From Candidatus Berkelbacteria bacterium (GTDB lineage Bacteria; Patescibacteriota; UBA1384; 2-12-FULL-50-11), in the NCBI GenBank assembly GCA_016432625.1, contig CP066697.1, forward strand, positions 81,415 through 145,414: DNA of 64,000 nucleotides. Reading direction: 5' to 3'. Numbering within the stretch: the first letter of the stretch is position 1; each line of letters opens with the position of its first letter. Both the position numbers and the translations under genes were made by a program. This document shows positions 27,018 through 36,275 of this stretch, one piece after another. A model generated the notes under the pieces. The model was not told where the DNA came from and searched no databases. It was given only the letters and a program-made list of their open reading frames with translations.

Positions 27018-28646
27018 TTATTCGCTAGATAGCGCTTGTTGGCCTAGTTTTTCAAGTTTGTACTGCGCCGCACGCTCCGCGGCCAAGCGGGTCAGCTCCG
27101 GATCTTCGCGACTATTAATAAATTTCATCGCCTTGGCGATCCGCGGATAAACTTTGGCGAATTGCTCGTACATTTTTAAGCAAATACGGCGATAGCCGGG
27201 GTGACCGTCGGGACCGGTGCGGAGTTCTAAGAAGTGAAATAGCGCCCGAGCGTTGAAGATATAGCGATAGCGCATTTTATGTCCAAGTAGGGTTGCGTAC
27301 TGCGCCTCGGCTTCAAAACCAGATGACCTTAAACGCTGATAGAGCTCGTAAGACAGCTCGAAACATTTTGTAAACTCTTCTTCGTAGCCGCCTTCTTTCA
27401 CGAGCGCGGGAATATGATAACCGTAGTCAGGCGTGAGGCGCTGCCACTCCTCGCCGTCGACAACGCGGTGGCGCTGCAGATCGCGAAAAGTCCCGTAGTC
27501 ATTTAAGATCTCCCATTCAAAATGAGCTTTCTCAAACGCCCGGCCTGGCTTATGTCGGCGGTTCAAGCGCTCGCCACAATACAACTTAAATAGCTGGTCA
27601 ACTTTTTTCTGCGGCCATTTTTGCACTTGGCGTCGGATCTCTTTTTGCGGTAAGTCTGAGTACGCGAAAAGCATTTCTGCTAGTAGTTCCTCCTCATTTT
27701 TTGGCCAGTGATCAAGGAGCATCACGTCGCCATCGCTGGTGCGGAGCTTGTCGTTGCTTGTGAGGTTGCGCTCGGCGAATTGCCTTAAATTAGTACGAGT
27801 GTTGGAGAGGAAGGCGGTGATCGCCCCACCACGTTCCGGCACATCGGCCCGTTTCAAAAATGGCCGTATTACTTTACGACACTCGGCCAGGGTTTTAGTA
27901 CCGACTGTGCGGAACTCCTCTAAATCTTCGCTCAACAGGCGCATCACGAGGTACTCAATCGCTTGGGCGCTGGCAAAAATCCCCACGGTTGATTTTGTAG
28001 CTGCCGGCAATACTGTCCGGATAGCGTCACAGGCCGTAGCGCGGGTAGAGTTTAGCCAGGCGGTACGTTCTTTGCGATCCGCCGGCTCGGGATTCTTGAC
28101 GCGTAAATGAGCCGCTAGTCCTCGGACCATCGATGAATAAAGATTGAAGATCTCATCCATCGTCTGGTTATAATCCTGAGCAATTTCGCTTGGCAGATTG
28201 GTCGGCGTGAAATACAGGTAGCGGCCATTGATGTCACGTGAGTCAAAGAAAATGTAGCGCGTTGATTGTTCGAGTGGCGAAGTAAATCGACCCCATTCCA
28301 AGGCTTTGGTCAGTAAGTTCGAAGCGCCCTCAACCACGAAGTACGCGCCCGCAAGCTGCTGAACGGAGTCATCACCGTAAGCGGTAATAACGCGATCAAA
28401 CAGTGCCTCCGCGTCTTCCTCGCCGGTTTGTGAAAATTCCTCAATCAGCGTCATCCGCAGGTCGCCTGCTCTTCGGCTAAGCCTGGCCATAGCGGCGCCA
28501 ATGATCGCTGGCGAGAGTTTGTCGGTGAACGAATAGACTTGGTCTCGCGTGTTAGTGACGATGGCGTCTAAGTAGGCGTAACCCTCGTCGCTAATTACTG
28601 GAACAAATTTTACGAACGGATTTTCTGTTTCGGAGGATTTGGCCAT
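27018..28646 (-). CDS. thyX: FAD-dependent thymidylate synthase with duplicated ThyX domain
   Basis: ARLSR, YGDDSV, LEQSTRY, R.VLPAAT, RDLQRHR, LELRT...GHP.YR; adjacent to tmk. Confidence 0.88.
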   Translation of the reverse strand: MAKSSETENPFVKFVPVISDEGYAYLDAIVTNTRDQVYSFTDKLSPAIIGAAMARLSRRAGDLRMTLIEEFSQTGEEDAEALFDRVITAYGDDSVQQLAGAYFVVEGASNLLTKALEWGRFTSPLEQSTRYIFFDSRDINGRYLYFTPTNLPSEIAQDYNQTMDEIFNLYSSMVRGLAAHLRVKNPEPADRKERTAWLNSTRATACDAIRTVLPAATKSTVGIFASAQAIEYLVMRLLSEDLEEFRTVGTKTLAECRKVIRPFLKRADVPERGGAITAFLSNTRTNLRQFAERNLTSNDKLRTSDGDVMLLDHWPKNEEELLAEMLFAYSDLPQKEIRRQVQKWPQKKVDQLFKLYCGERLNRRHKPGRAFEKAHFEWEILNDYGTFRDLQRHRVVDGEEWQRLTPDYGYHIPALVKEGGYEEEFTKCFELSYELYQRLRSSGFEAEAQYATLLGHKMRYRYIFNARALFHFLELRTGPDGHPGYRRICLKMYEQFAKVYPRIAKAMKFINSREDPELTRLAAERAAQYKLEKLGQQALSSE

Positions 28647-28679
28647 CAGCCTTGTGGTAACAGGCGACAATAGTATATG

Positions 28680-29408
28680 TCAAGCAAAGTGATACTTCTT
28701 GGATACAATACGCCAAACTTTATCGCTAATTTCCTCACGGCTCAGTTGCTCACCGTTCTTAGAACAATCTACAATTGGCCAATTGAAACGCCTAGCTAAC
28801 TTCGGGTAATAACTATTAACGCTCTCCATGTAAGCTAAGTCTTGCTCGTGTCGGTCGCGTTCGGCGACCTGAGCATGCGTCTTGCCTCCACTTTTGGCCA
28901 TGAATTCTCGTCTTCGTTTTTCGGTTTGTTCAGCGCGCACCGCTGCCGGTAGTGTCAAGATCAAAACCAAATCTGGCTTAGGCAGCTCGAAATACTCGTG
29001 CTGCAAATAGGTTAGAACTTTAATGAAGTGCTCCTGTTCCTTCTTGTTTTTAAACTTGACCGTTTGATGCGCCAAATTGGATTCGACGTAACGATCACAA
29101 ACCACCCAATTGCCTTTCTTTAATTCAGGGATCATTGAGTTGACGGCAACAACACGGCGGTCGAGCTCATAGAGCATACTTGCCTGCAGCGGATCGCCGG
29201 CGATGACTTCATCCAGCGCTTCGCCTCTCCCCAAATAACGGCTTACTAGACCGCCCCAAAAGCTATCGTAATCGGGGAAGGTGTAGAAAATTGCCTTGGC
29301 GGGCGAAATCCGTCCCGACTTATTCAGTCTTTCAACGAAGAGTTGAGTTTGCGTCCGTTTGCCAACCCCATCATTGCCGCCGAAAACGATCACTTTACCT
29401 TTAGCCAT
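28680..29408 (-). CDS. tmk: Thymidylate kinase
   Basis: G.DGVGK.TQ, FPDY, CDRY..SN.AHQ, LPKPD, D.HE. Confidence 0.9.
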   Translation of the reverse strand: MAKGKVIVFGGNDGVGKRTQTQLFVERLNKSGRISPAKAIFYTFPDYDSFWGGLVSRYLGRGEALDEVIAGDPLQASMLYELDRRVVAVNSMIPELKKGNWVVCDRYVESNLAHQTVKFKNKKEQEHFIKVLTYLQHEYFELPKPDLVLILTLPAAVRAEQTEKRRREFMAKSGGKTHAQVAERDRHEQDLAYMESVNSYYPKLARRFNWPIVDCSKNGEQLSREEISDKVWRIVSKKYHFA

Positions 29409-29477
29409 AACTCACATATAGCCGAGTTTTGCATTTAAACGAAGCCCCGCCTTCCTTGCGGTTGGCGGGGTTCGGAT

Positions 29478-30152
29478 TCATCTGCTTCGGCTGCGCCGTC
29501 TTTGCGACAGTTTCTCCTTGACGAAGCTTTCGATCATCCGTTTCAGGCGAGCGGAGCGACGGGGCGGTTTCGGGTCTTTGGCCGGTTTCATCCATTTGAT
29601 ACTCCGGCCGATCGGCTCGATGGCCGGATCAGGGTACGGTACGCCATGCGAATCACAAAGGCTGCGGTAACCGGCTTCGTTGACCACGGCGCTGTGGCGA
29701 TCGTCGCCGTCCCTTTTCCAACGAGGGGCAAGCGAGTTGATCATGCCCATCAGTTCCGATAGTTCTTCAGGACTGCCGTAAAAGGCACTGAGCTGGATCG
29801 TTACCCGGTGGGCAAAGTAGGACTGGTCGCGAGCGATTTGATGGACCTCGGGACCAGTTATTTGCTCGGCCAGTTCCGGGTTGATTGCCAGTTCTTCTAG
29901 ATCGAAGGCCGCCTCGCCCCCGAGGTCTGGAAGTCGGGCACTCTCGACGTAGAGACCCTGAATTTCTAGTATTCGTTTCAGGATTGTTGCCTTCTCATCG
30001 GCGCAGTCTTTGGATTTCTCGTTGACGAGGGAGTGACGTCGCAATAGGTAACGTAACTCCCGCATTTCCCTTCTCGTCCTTGCTGGCCTGTCCCGGCCGG
30101 GCATTACGCGAAGGAAAAGTTGACCTCGTTCACTATTACGATCATTACTCAC
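29478..30152 (-). CDS. Hypothetical protein
   Basis: 224-aa ORF with GTG start, AGGAG RBS and a downstream hairpin; no family recognised. Confidence 0.6.
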   Translation of the reverse strand: MSNDRNSERGQLFLRVMPGRDRPARTRREMRELRYLLRRHSLVNEKSKDCADEKATILKRILEIQGLYVESARLPDLGGEAAFDLEELAINPELAEQITGPEVHQIARDQSYFAHRVTIQLSAFYGSPEELSELMGMINSLAPRWKRDGDDRHSAVVNEAGYRSLCDSHGVPYPDPAIEPIGRSIKWMKPAKDPKPPRRSARLKRMIESFVKEKLSQRRRSRSR

Positions 30153-30230
30153 GGTTTTCTCCTATATGAAGTACTCCTCGGCACAGCCGAGGCTAAGGTC
30201 GAATCACTTCGGCCCTAGCCGAGTTGAGCC

Positions 30231-30608
30231 TTAGTTGGCGTAAGCTTCAGCGTAAGCGTTGCCGTATTGGTCGACACCGGCGGTTGCCCAGGCGTTGGCG
30301 TCCGCGGTTGCCCGAGTCTCGTAGCTGATAGTAACGACCGCTTGATCGGCAATTACGGCACTACGACTAGCAGGCTTGGCTTGTCGTCTTTTTGGCGTGG
30401 CGGGCTTAGCAGGTTTCTGTGGCGCAGGGGGCGTTGGAGTAACTTGTAGGGTAGGCGTCGGAGCCGGTATAGCTTGCTCAACTTTTTTATCGTCAGTTTT
30501 TTTGACAATTTCATTAGGTCGTTTTATCGCGACGGCAATTGCCCAGACGAACCCAACTACAAAAATCGCGAAGGCGATAGCGAGAATTACTTTAACCACA
30601 TTAGTCAT
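30231..30608 (-). CDS. Membrane-anchored Pro/Ala-rich hypothetical protein
   Basis: N-terminal TM, PT/PA linker, C-terminal A.A.A.A pattern. Confidence 0.65.
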   Translation of the reverse strand: MTNVVKVILAIAFAIFVVGFVWAIAVAIKRPNEIVKKTDDKKVEQAIPAPTPTLQVTPTPPAPQKPAKPATPKRRQAKPASRSAVIADQAVVTISYETRATADANAWATAGVDQYGNAYAEAYAN

Positions 30609-30784
30609 TGTGACTGGAGTTTAACGAAAATTACCCGAGCTGTCCAGAGTAACGATCGTAAAAATAAAGGAACGACCGCTGCCGCGGTCGAACCAAATTC
30701 AACATTATTTTATGCAGCCATTGTCCTACCCGAAGTCCAAAATTAATATGGCAATTCTTATAAAAAGAGCCCTCGCGCGTAATA

Positions 30785-31045
30785 TTAAAGAAGTTGAGCG
30801 AGTGCGATTAAGGCGATTAGCGCCCAGATGATATTTAGGGCCGCCGGCTGGTAGTCCTTTTTGGCTACAGAATGGAAGATTATCCCAATAGCCCCAATAA
30901 AGTTGAGGATCTGATAGGTGCTTGTTTGGCTAGCGAAAACATCGAAGCTCACCATCGCATATGCCAGGATAATTAAGGCAACGCTGAGCCAGCCGATAAT
31001 CTCTATTATTAGATGGGTTTTTTGACGTGACGAAGACAGCTTCAT
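30785..31045 (-). CDS. CBU_0592-like small membrane protein
   Basis: EIIGW....IILAY...YQILNFIGA..LNIIW; ATGA overlap with the HD gene. Confidence 0.75.
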   Translation of the reverse strand: MKLSSSRQKTHLIIEIIGWLSVALIILAYAMVSFDVFASQTSTYQILNFIGAIGIIFHSVAKKDYQPAALNIIWALIALIALAQLL

Positions 31046-31635
31046 CGTTTCCAGTCCCCAGAGTTGTGGCGGTTTCGCGCTTGGAAATGCCAAGCGTGCG
31101 GATCGGCGTTCTCGATCTCGTCCCAAAGAGTCTTAGCGGTTTTAGTATAGAGTTTGTGTCCTTTAACTTGTTGTCGTCGTCGCGCACCCCACAACTTTTT
31201 TAGAGGGCTACCGTGGACTTGTTGCTCCCGGAGTTCGAGTTCAACGTCCAAGGTGTCAGCGTCTTTGACAATTTTCGCTTCGATGCAATCGAACCGTTCG
31301 TATTCTTCCCAGATATCGACGAACTCTTTAAGCGAAGTAGAGGCCAGCATATCGTTAATAGCCAATTGCTCGTTTCGCGTTGTGTAGAGCCGAGAAACGT
31401 AATGTACGTCCCCCGTGCGAGACTCGGGGAGATCGTGCACTAGAGCCATTTTCAAGAGCTTCTCGCCGTTTACTTCTTTTTCCTTGGACGCAATGAGCAG
31501 AGCAACCCACATCAGACGGAAAGTGTGTTCGCTGACGTTGGCAAAATCGGCTCCTAAAAACTGACGCCATGTCCGTTGCACATGACGCAGAGTCCCTACT
31601 TCGAAGAGAAAGTTAATATCACTAACCTTTGGCAT
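31042..31635 (-). CDS. HD-domain hydrolase (HDDC2/YfbR-like)
   Basis: L..V.R.W, NVSEH, ALVHDLPE.RTGD, EAKIVKDAD.LD. Confidence 0.9.
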   Translation of the reverse strand: MPKVSDINFLFEVGTLRHVQRTWRQFLGADFANVSEHTFRLMWVALLIASKEKEVNGEKLLKMALVHDLPESRTGDVHYVSRLYTTRNEQLAINDMLASTSLKEFVDIWEEYERFDCIEAKIVKDADTLDVELELREQQVHGSPLKKLWGARRRQQVKGHKLYTKTAKTLWDEIENADPHAWHFQARNRHNSGDWKR

Positions 31636-31671
31636 AGTCAGACTGTATCACGAACCAGGGCCGTCGCAACT

Positions 31672-31739
31672 GAGCGGGTAACGGGAATTTTCGCTACGCT
31701 CAACTTTACGCAAATAACTTGCGTAAAGCCGAACTCGTC
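31672..31739 (-). repeat. Duplicated tRNA-Gly T-arm/3' end interrupted by a hairpin insert
   Basis: gagcgggtaacgggaat at 31672-31688 is identical to 31740-31756. Confidence 0.85.
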
Positions 31740-31740
31740 G

Positions 31741-31811
31741 AGCGGGTAACGGGAATCGAACCCGTAACCTCTCCTTGGAAGGGAGATATTTAACCATTAA
31801 ACTATACCCGC
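31741..31811 (-). tRNA. tRNA-Gly(TCC)
   Basis: GCGGGTA TAGTTTAATGGTTAAAT A TCTCC-CTTCCAA-GGAGA GGTT ACGGG-TTCGATT-CCCGT TACCCGC T. Confidence 0.93.
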
Positions 31812-31849
31812 AATTTCTCGGTAATTTTCTCAGAAATAGCCAAGTAAAT

Positions 31850-32203
31850 CTACCGGCCGCGGGCCATCTCAAAGACAGCTTTTAGCGCAACGATTAAAAT
31901 TGCCGGCGCCACGAATTGGGTGATGTTCCACAGGATCGCATCCATGTAACCGCCGACCCATGGTAGTGATTGGACGCCGCCGCTACCTACTACTAGAAGG
32001 GCGATACCGGCAACCAGAAATTTTGTCGTCTCACGAGCACTGATATTAAGAAAGCCGATTACCAACCCAAGTCCCGCCATGGTGGGCGTTACCCACGGCG
32101 CCTCTGCCCCACCGGGCGATACAGCCAACACGATCGCTGCAATTAAACCAGCAAAAAATGCCCATTCTCCCCAAGTTGTTTCCTGAACCTTTTGTTCTGC
32201 CAT
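31850..32203 (-). CDS. Four-TM hypothetical membrane protein
   Basis: GEWAF..G...GLVIGFLNIS.RE..KFLVA..FVAPA..IVALK; AAGGAGG RBS. Confidence 0.75.
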   Translation of the reverse strand: MAEQKVQETTWGEWAFFAGLIAAIVLAVSPGGAEAPWVTPTMAGLGLVIGFLNISARETTKFLVAGIALLVVGSGGVQSLPWVGGYMDAILWNITQFVAPAILIVALKAVFEMARGR

Positions 32204-32233
32204 TTGTCCTCCTTATTAACTATTGAAGCACGT

Positions 32234-32551
32234 TTACATTCCCGCCTGCCAACCGTACTTCTTTAAGTCTACCCAAAACTGGCCGTTTTGTTCGGACACG
32301 GTAACGCCATCTTCTTGTAATAACCCGGCCTGCATGGCTGGCGGGTGCTCTAGGCAAGTTGTGGAAATCATGCCTTTAGAATTGATTACCCTTTGCCACG
32401 GCAAGTTATAGACTTCCGTTTGATGATGAAGGATCTGCCCCACAACAATTGCTGCTCGGGGTGTGCCGGCAAGCGCCGCGACCTGCCCGTACGTAGCAAC
32501 TTTGCCCCGTGGAATCGATTTGATTATTTTCACTACCTTAGAGGCGAACAT
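32234..32551 (-). CDS. Alkyltransferase-like (ATL/YbaZ) MGMT-family protein
   Basis: IPRGKVATYGQVA..G.PR..VG, LPWQRVINS (W replaces the catalytic Cys). Confidence 0.88.
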   Translation of the reverse strand: MFASKVVKIIKSIPRGKVATYGQVAALAGTPRAAIVVGQILHHQTEVYNLPWQRVINSKGMISTTCLEHPPAMQAGLLQEDGVTVSEQNGQFWVDLKKYGWQAGM

Positions 32552-33063
32552 TAAATCTGATTGAGTTCAAGAATCGTAACCGCGTCACCAACGTTGAAGT
32601 ACTGGCTTTGCCCAGCGTTAAGCTCGAGAACGTAATCTACCGGCGCCGGTGGGCGATAATTTGGCAAATCTTGAGGCTGGGCACCAATTTTTGGCGGCGG
32701 CGCGTTCTTTTCAACGCCAATGACCTTGCCGTTGGCAATCCAGACAATATCAAGCGCAAACCGCATGTCTTTCATCCAGAAAGGTACGGTTTGAGGCGGC
32801 GAAAAGGGGAAGATCATTGCGTCGGTCTCTGGCATTGAGTCGCGACCGGATAATCCCAGAGCTTGTTCCTCAGTAGTTTTAGCAACCTCGGCGTTATAGT
32901 TACGATTATTAATCGTCACCAAACTCACCTTCTTTTGAACTTGCCGCGCATCGTTCTCATAAGCGCGAAAACTTGCCGGACCACTGAATGCCCGGTAGAG
33001 GAACGCGAAAATCAGGCCAAAAGCCAGTAGCGTCACAACGCTAATGAGGATTTTTTTGTTCAT
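32551..33063 (-). CDS. DUF192 domain protein
   Basis: EVA.T.EE...GLSGR, M.F.F, FWMKDM.F.LDI, YVLELNAG. Confidence 0.9.
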   Translation of the reverse strand: MNKKILISVVTLLAFGLIFAFLYRAFSGPASFRAYENDARQVQKKVSLVTINNRNYNAEVAKTTEEQALGLSGRDSMPETDAMIFPFSPPQTVPFWMKDMRFALDIVWIANGKVIGVEKNAPPPKIGAQPQDLPNYRPPAPVDYVLELNAGQSQYFNVGDAVTILELNQI

Positions 33064-33322
33064 CTTCCTTGTCCCCTCCCCATTGCAGCCTCGGCTTTTC
33101 GCCGGTAACGAAGGTAATTATTAGTAGAACCAGAGTTAGTCCAATAAGCGGCAAGAAGAATTCAATCAAACTGTCGCTCACAGAGTGTGAGCCCCCATCG
33201 ATTTTAAGAAAGATTGAAACCAGGCCACCGGTATAAACGCCCAAAACTAGCCAGCCTTGCCACGATGCAGGATACCAACCGTAACCGTACTTTTTTCGCC
33301 GGAACCAATAGTTCTTTTCCAT
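33041..33322 (-). CDS. Small membrane protein
   Basis: WFRRKKYGYGWYPASWQGW..GEKPR.QWG pattern. Confidence 0.75.
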   Translation of the reverse strand: MEKNYWFRRKKYGYGWYPASWQGWLVLGVYTGGLVSIFLKIDGGSHSVSDSLIEFFLPLIGLTLVLLIITFVTGEKPRLQWGGDKEDEQKNPH

Positions 33323-33397
33323 GCCGGCTCAGTATACCCGACGACCAAGGTTCACGACAGTCGACGAGGTGGCTTTAACTCGGGTAGAATATCAATA

Positions 33398-34153
33398 ATG
33401 TCGAATGCCTGGTTTGCCACAATTGCGTCTGTGACAGTTGTCAGTCTTGTCTCTTTGATCGGAGCATTCGTTATCGCTGTTCATGACCGCAGGAGTGAGG
33501 ATGAAGAATATTCGCCCTTCATGCATTTTCTGATTGCTCTGGCCGTTGGCGCCCTACTCGGTGACGCAATGATCCACCTTTTACCTGAGGCATTTGCCGA
33601 GGCCGGACAAATAGCCTCACTCTATGTTGGCGGCGGGTTCATTGTCTTTCTTATTCTGGAGAAGTTCCTACACTGGCGTCATCACCATCGGCAACAAGTT
33701 AAAAACCGTATTGAGCCTGTCGGCGTGATGAACCTAGTTGGTGACGGCCTCCACAATTTTATTGACGGAGCGCTAATTGCCGCTTCGTATCTAATATCCT
33801 TTCCAATCGGCTTGGCAACCACAATTGCCGTCGTCTTGCACGAGATTCCGCAAGAGTTAGGCGATTACGCCATCCTGCGCAGTGCCGGGTTCAGTAAGCG
33901 CTCGGCCATCTTCTTTAACTTCGTATCCGCCTTGTTCGCTATCGTTGGTGCCGTCGTCGTACTCTCGACGACAATTAATGTTATCGCTACCGCGCCCCTC
34001 ATACTTGCGTTCACGGCGGGTGGATTCATCTATATCGTCCTAATTCTATTGAAAAAACTTGGCGAAGAACTAACGGCCAGTCGGACGTTTGGACATATTG
34101 CCTCTATCGTCCTCGGCATCCTACTGATGTGGGCGTTGAAGTTTATCGAGTAA
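33398..34153 (+). CDS. ZIP family metal transporter
   Basis: HLLPEA, HWRHHH, GDGLHNFIDG, HEIPQE.GD; start at ATG 33398. Confidence 0.92.
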   Translation: MSNAWFATIASVTVVSLVSLIGAFVIAVHDRRSEDEEYSPFMHFLIALAVGALLGDAMIHLLPEAFAEAGQIASLYVGGGFIVFLILEKFLHWRHHHRQQVKNRIEPVGVMNLVGDGLHNFIDGALIAASYLISFPIGLATTIAVVLHEIPQELGDYAILRSAGFSKRSAIFFNFVSALFAIVGAVVVLSTTINVIATAPLILAFTAGGFIYIVLILLKKLGEELTASRTFGHIASIVLGILLMWALKFIE

Positions 34154-34202
34154 GTTATCCCGCCCTGGTTGATCTTACACGGCAAAATACTATAATACCC
34201 AA

Positions 34203-34376
34203 GTGAAAAAGCTCCTTATCTTGGCAAGAATCGTACGCCACTTGCCGCAACTCATTTCGATCCAGTATCGGATATGGCGGCTTCGGCGCGAGCGACGAGA
34301 CATCCTTCGCCATGGCGCACGGAGGATCATTCATCTCACGCCGGAACAGCGCAAGCTCATGGGATTCCCCGAGTAG
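34203..34376 (+). CDS. 57-aa Arg-rich protein (below ORF-track cutoff)
   Basis: MKKLLILARIVRHLPQLISIQYRIWRLRRERRDILRHGARRIIHLTPEQRKLMGFPE*; TTGATC-N16-TATAAT 6 nt upstream; hairpin downstream. Confidence 0.55.
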   Translation: MKKLLILARIVRHLPQLISIQYRIWRLRRERRDILRHGARRIIHLTPEQRKLMGFPE

Positions 34377-34397
34377 TGGCGGACCCCCGATCCGGCG

Positions 34398-34430
34398 ATG
34401 CGGGCACGAACGTTGTGCCCGCATTTTTTT
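34398..34430. terminator. Hairpin terminator
   Basis: atgcgggcac-gaacgtt-gtgcccgcat followed by a T tract. Confidence 0.8.
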
Positions 34431-34431
34431 G

Positions 34432-34505
34432 TCGGGGTGGTGAGACTCGAACTCACGACCTCCTGCTCCCAAAGCAGGCACGCTAGCCAACTGCGCCACA
34501 CCCCG
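34432..34505 (-). tRNA. tRNA-Pro(TGG)
   Basis: CGGGGTG TGGCGCAGTTGGCTAGCGT G CCTGC-TTTGGGA-GCAGG ... GTTCGAGTC ... CACCCCG A. Confidence 0.95.
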
Positions 34506-34561
34506 AATACCCACAATTCTACCTGTTCACAGGCTAAAAATGAAGAGAGTAGCGACCTTTT

Positions 34562-34969
34562 CTAGAGATAGATCCGGCCAATGGTGAAGATGGCGATAAA
34601 AGCAATTAAAGACGCCCAGGCAAGAGATGTGAGCCCTTTTGTTGCATTGCCGTTACCGGTAAGCGCCGCTTCGACTTTCGCGTTAATTAGCCGAACCGCG
34701 ACAAAATAATCAAGGGCGATTAATACGAGTTTAGCCCAAAACAATTTGTCACCCTTAAGCTCCGCCCAGTCCTCAAAGGCAAGGTAAAGCCCCGCCAAAA
34801 CCGTCACGCCCATGGCATAAACGCCGAAACGGCGAATAATCTGAATCGCTTTCAGCCTAGTTTCATCGAGAGGCTTACCAAGCGCCAAAGCTAGTGAGAA
34901 AAAGACGATCCCCAAGACTACCGCTGCGCCGAACAGATGTATTAGTAGGACTAAACGGTGCACACTCAT
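34562..34969 (-). CDS. Four-TM membrane protein (CopD/DUF2269-like)
   Basis: H.FGAA...G, GLYL, FWAKL patterns. Confidence 0.65.
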   Translation of the reverse strand: MSVHRLVLLIHLFGAAVVLGIVFFSLALALGKPLDETRLKAIQIIRRFGVYAMGVTVLAGLYLAFEDWAELKGDKLFWAKLVLIALDYFVAVRLINAKVEAALTGNGNATKGLTSLAWASLIAFIAIFTIGRIYL

Positions 34970-35575
34970 CTACGGGGCGATCTTGAAGGTAGCGACGACG
35001 TTTTTGGCATCAGCGTAAACGGCGCTTAGATCATCAGGAATTGCCTGAGCTTGACTCCAGCCCCAGTAGTAGTTGGCGTTATGACCCATTTCGGTCGGCT
35101 TATTGGCCTCTTCTTGAGAAGCAGTCCATTGCGCCGGCGAGTAGACGCTTACGGCAAAAACACTGGCGTATTTCGCGTCGTGGTCAGTAGCGGCCGTTGT
35201 CCAGACGGTATCAGACGAGGTTGTTGGCATCGTGACGTAGCAAGTGATGATGGCGTAGTCAGGCTTTACTTCCTTGATCTTATACCCTGTCCATTTGTCA
35301 CCAAATTCCAGGGAAAAGGCATATGCTTTATCGCCACAAGCGAGATTACTGACTGTGGCCGTTTCTGTTGTTGTCGTGCTCGTGCTTTCCGTTGTCGTCG
35401 CGGTGTCAGACTTTTTGACTTTCTGTGCCGAGTAATCAGTAGTGTCAGGCTGGCTGTAAGTTGCCTGAATAAAGTACGCTAAGGCGCCAATAACAACCAA
35501 GGCAAAAATCAACAGCACTACCTTCATGCTAGTCGTGGCGTTGTCGTGGCCATCAAGATGCTCGTTTAATTCCAT
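34970..35575 (-). CDS. Membrane-anchored surface protein, paralog A
   Basis: HDNATTSMKVVLLIFA TM, Thr-rich linker, PsbP-like C-terminus ending VVATFK. Confidence 0.75.
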   Translation of the reverse strand: MELNEHLDGHDNATTSMKVVLLIFALVVIGALAYFIQATYSQPDTTDYSAQKVKKSDTATTTESTSTTTTETATVSNLACGDKAYAFSLEFGDKWTGYKIKEVKPDYAIITCYVTMPTTSSDTVWTTAATDHDAKYASVFAVSVYSPAQWTASQEEANKPTEMGHNANYYWGWSQAQAIPDDLSAVYADAKNVVATFKIAP

Positions 35576-35583
35576 GTTCCTCC

Positions 35584-36255
35584 TTAAATTACTTCCAATT
35601 TATCAACTAAGTTGCAGCAACTGCAGCCCCGCCCGGCGTGAACTTGGAAACCAAGCTTCACCATTACGGGCTTGTCTTTTGTTGAGGCTAAAAGTTTCAC
35701 CTGGCTTGCAGCGTCGGTTAGGTCTCCAGTGTCACTAACGATTTTACTATTCTCATAGCAACCACAGCCTAGTTGGTAGGTGCCTGCTGCGGCACTATTG
35801 ACAGTGTTCCCATCGCTAATTTGCTTATCAAGCGCGGCCTTGAACTTTTCGTCCTGAAATTTAGTAACTGTTAGATAGGCACGATTTTTCGTTAGTGGCT
35901 CGTCGCCCTCGAGGGCCATATTCTCTTCTTTTTGCGTTAAGTAGCCGCAGACTAGGGTATCAAACTCTTCGCCGCCCCCAAGGTCGTATGTGGTCGCGGT
36001 TTTGAGAGTGACGGTCGTTTTTGTAAAGTCGCAATCGTCAGTGGTGGTCTCGGTCGTGGCGGTTTCGGTTGCGTCATTTGTCGCAGCGGCATCTTTGACC
36101 GTCTTTGCAGAGTAATCTGTTGAGTCCGGCGTGGTATTGGTTTGGTAAACAAAATAGCCCAGCGCAGCGATCAAGACGACGGCAAAAATAAGTAGTAGCA
36201 CTTTCAGCGACGTTGTCGCGTGTTCGTGTCCTTCGAACGGCTCGTGCAGATCCAT
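35584..36255 (-). CDS. Membrane-anchored Cys-rich surface protein, paralog B
   Basis: HEHATTSLKVLLLIFA TM, Thr-rich linker, GCGC and CSCC. Confidence 0.75.
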   Translation of the reverse strand: MDLHEPFEGHEHATTSLKVLLLIFAVVLIAALGYFVYQTNTTPDSTDYSAKTVKDAAATNDATETATTETTTDDCDFTKTTVTLKTATTYDLGGGEEFDTLVCGYLTQKEENMALEGDEPLTKNRAYLTVTKFQDEKFKAALDKQISDGNTVNSAAAGTYQLGCGCYENSKIVSDTGDLTDAASQVKLLASTKDKPVMVKLGFQVHAGRGCSCCNLVDKLEVI

Positions 36256-36275
36256 ATCCCCCTCTTTCATTTTAA

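Noticed and set aside
29478-30608. Prophage or defence island
   Set aside because: Only two unassignable ORFs; no phage, nuclease or integrase motifs were recognised.
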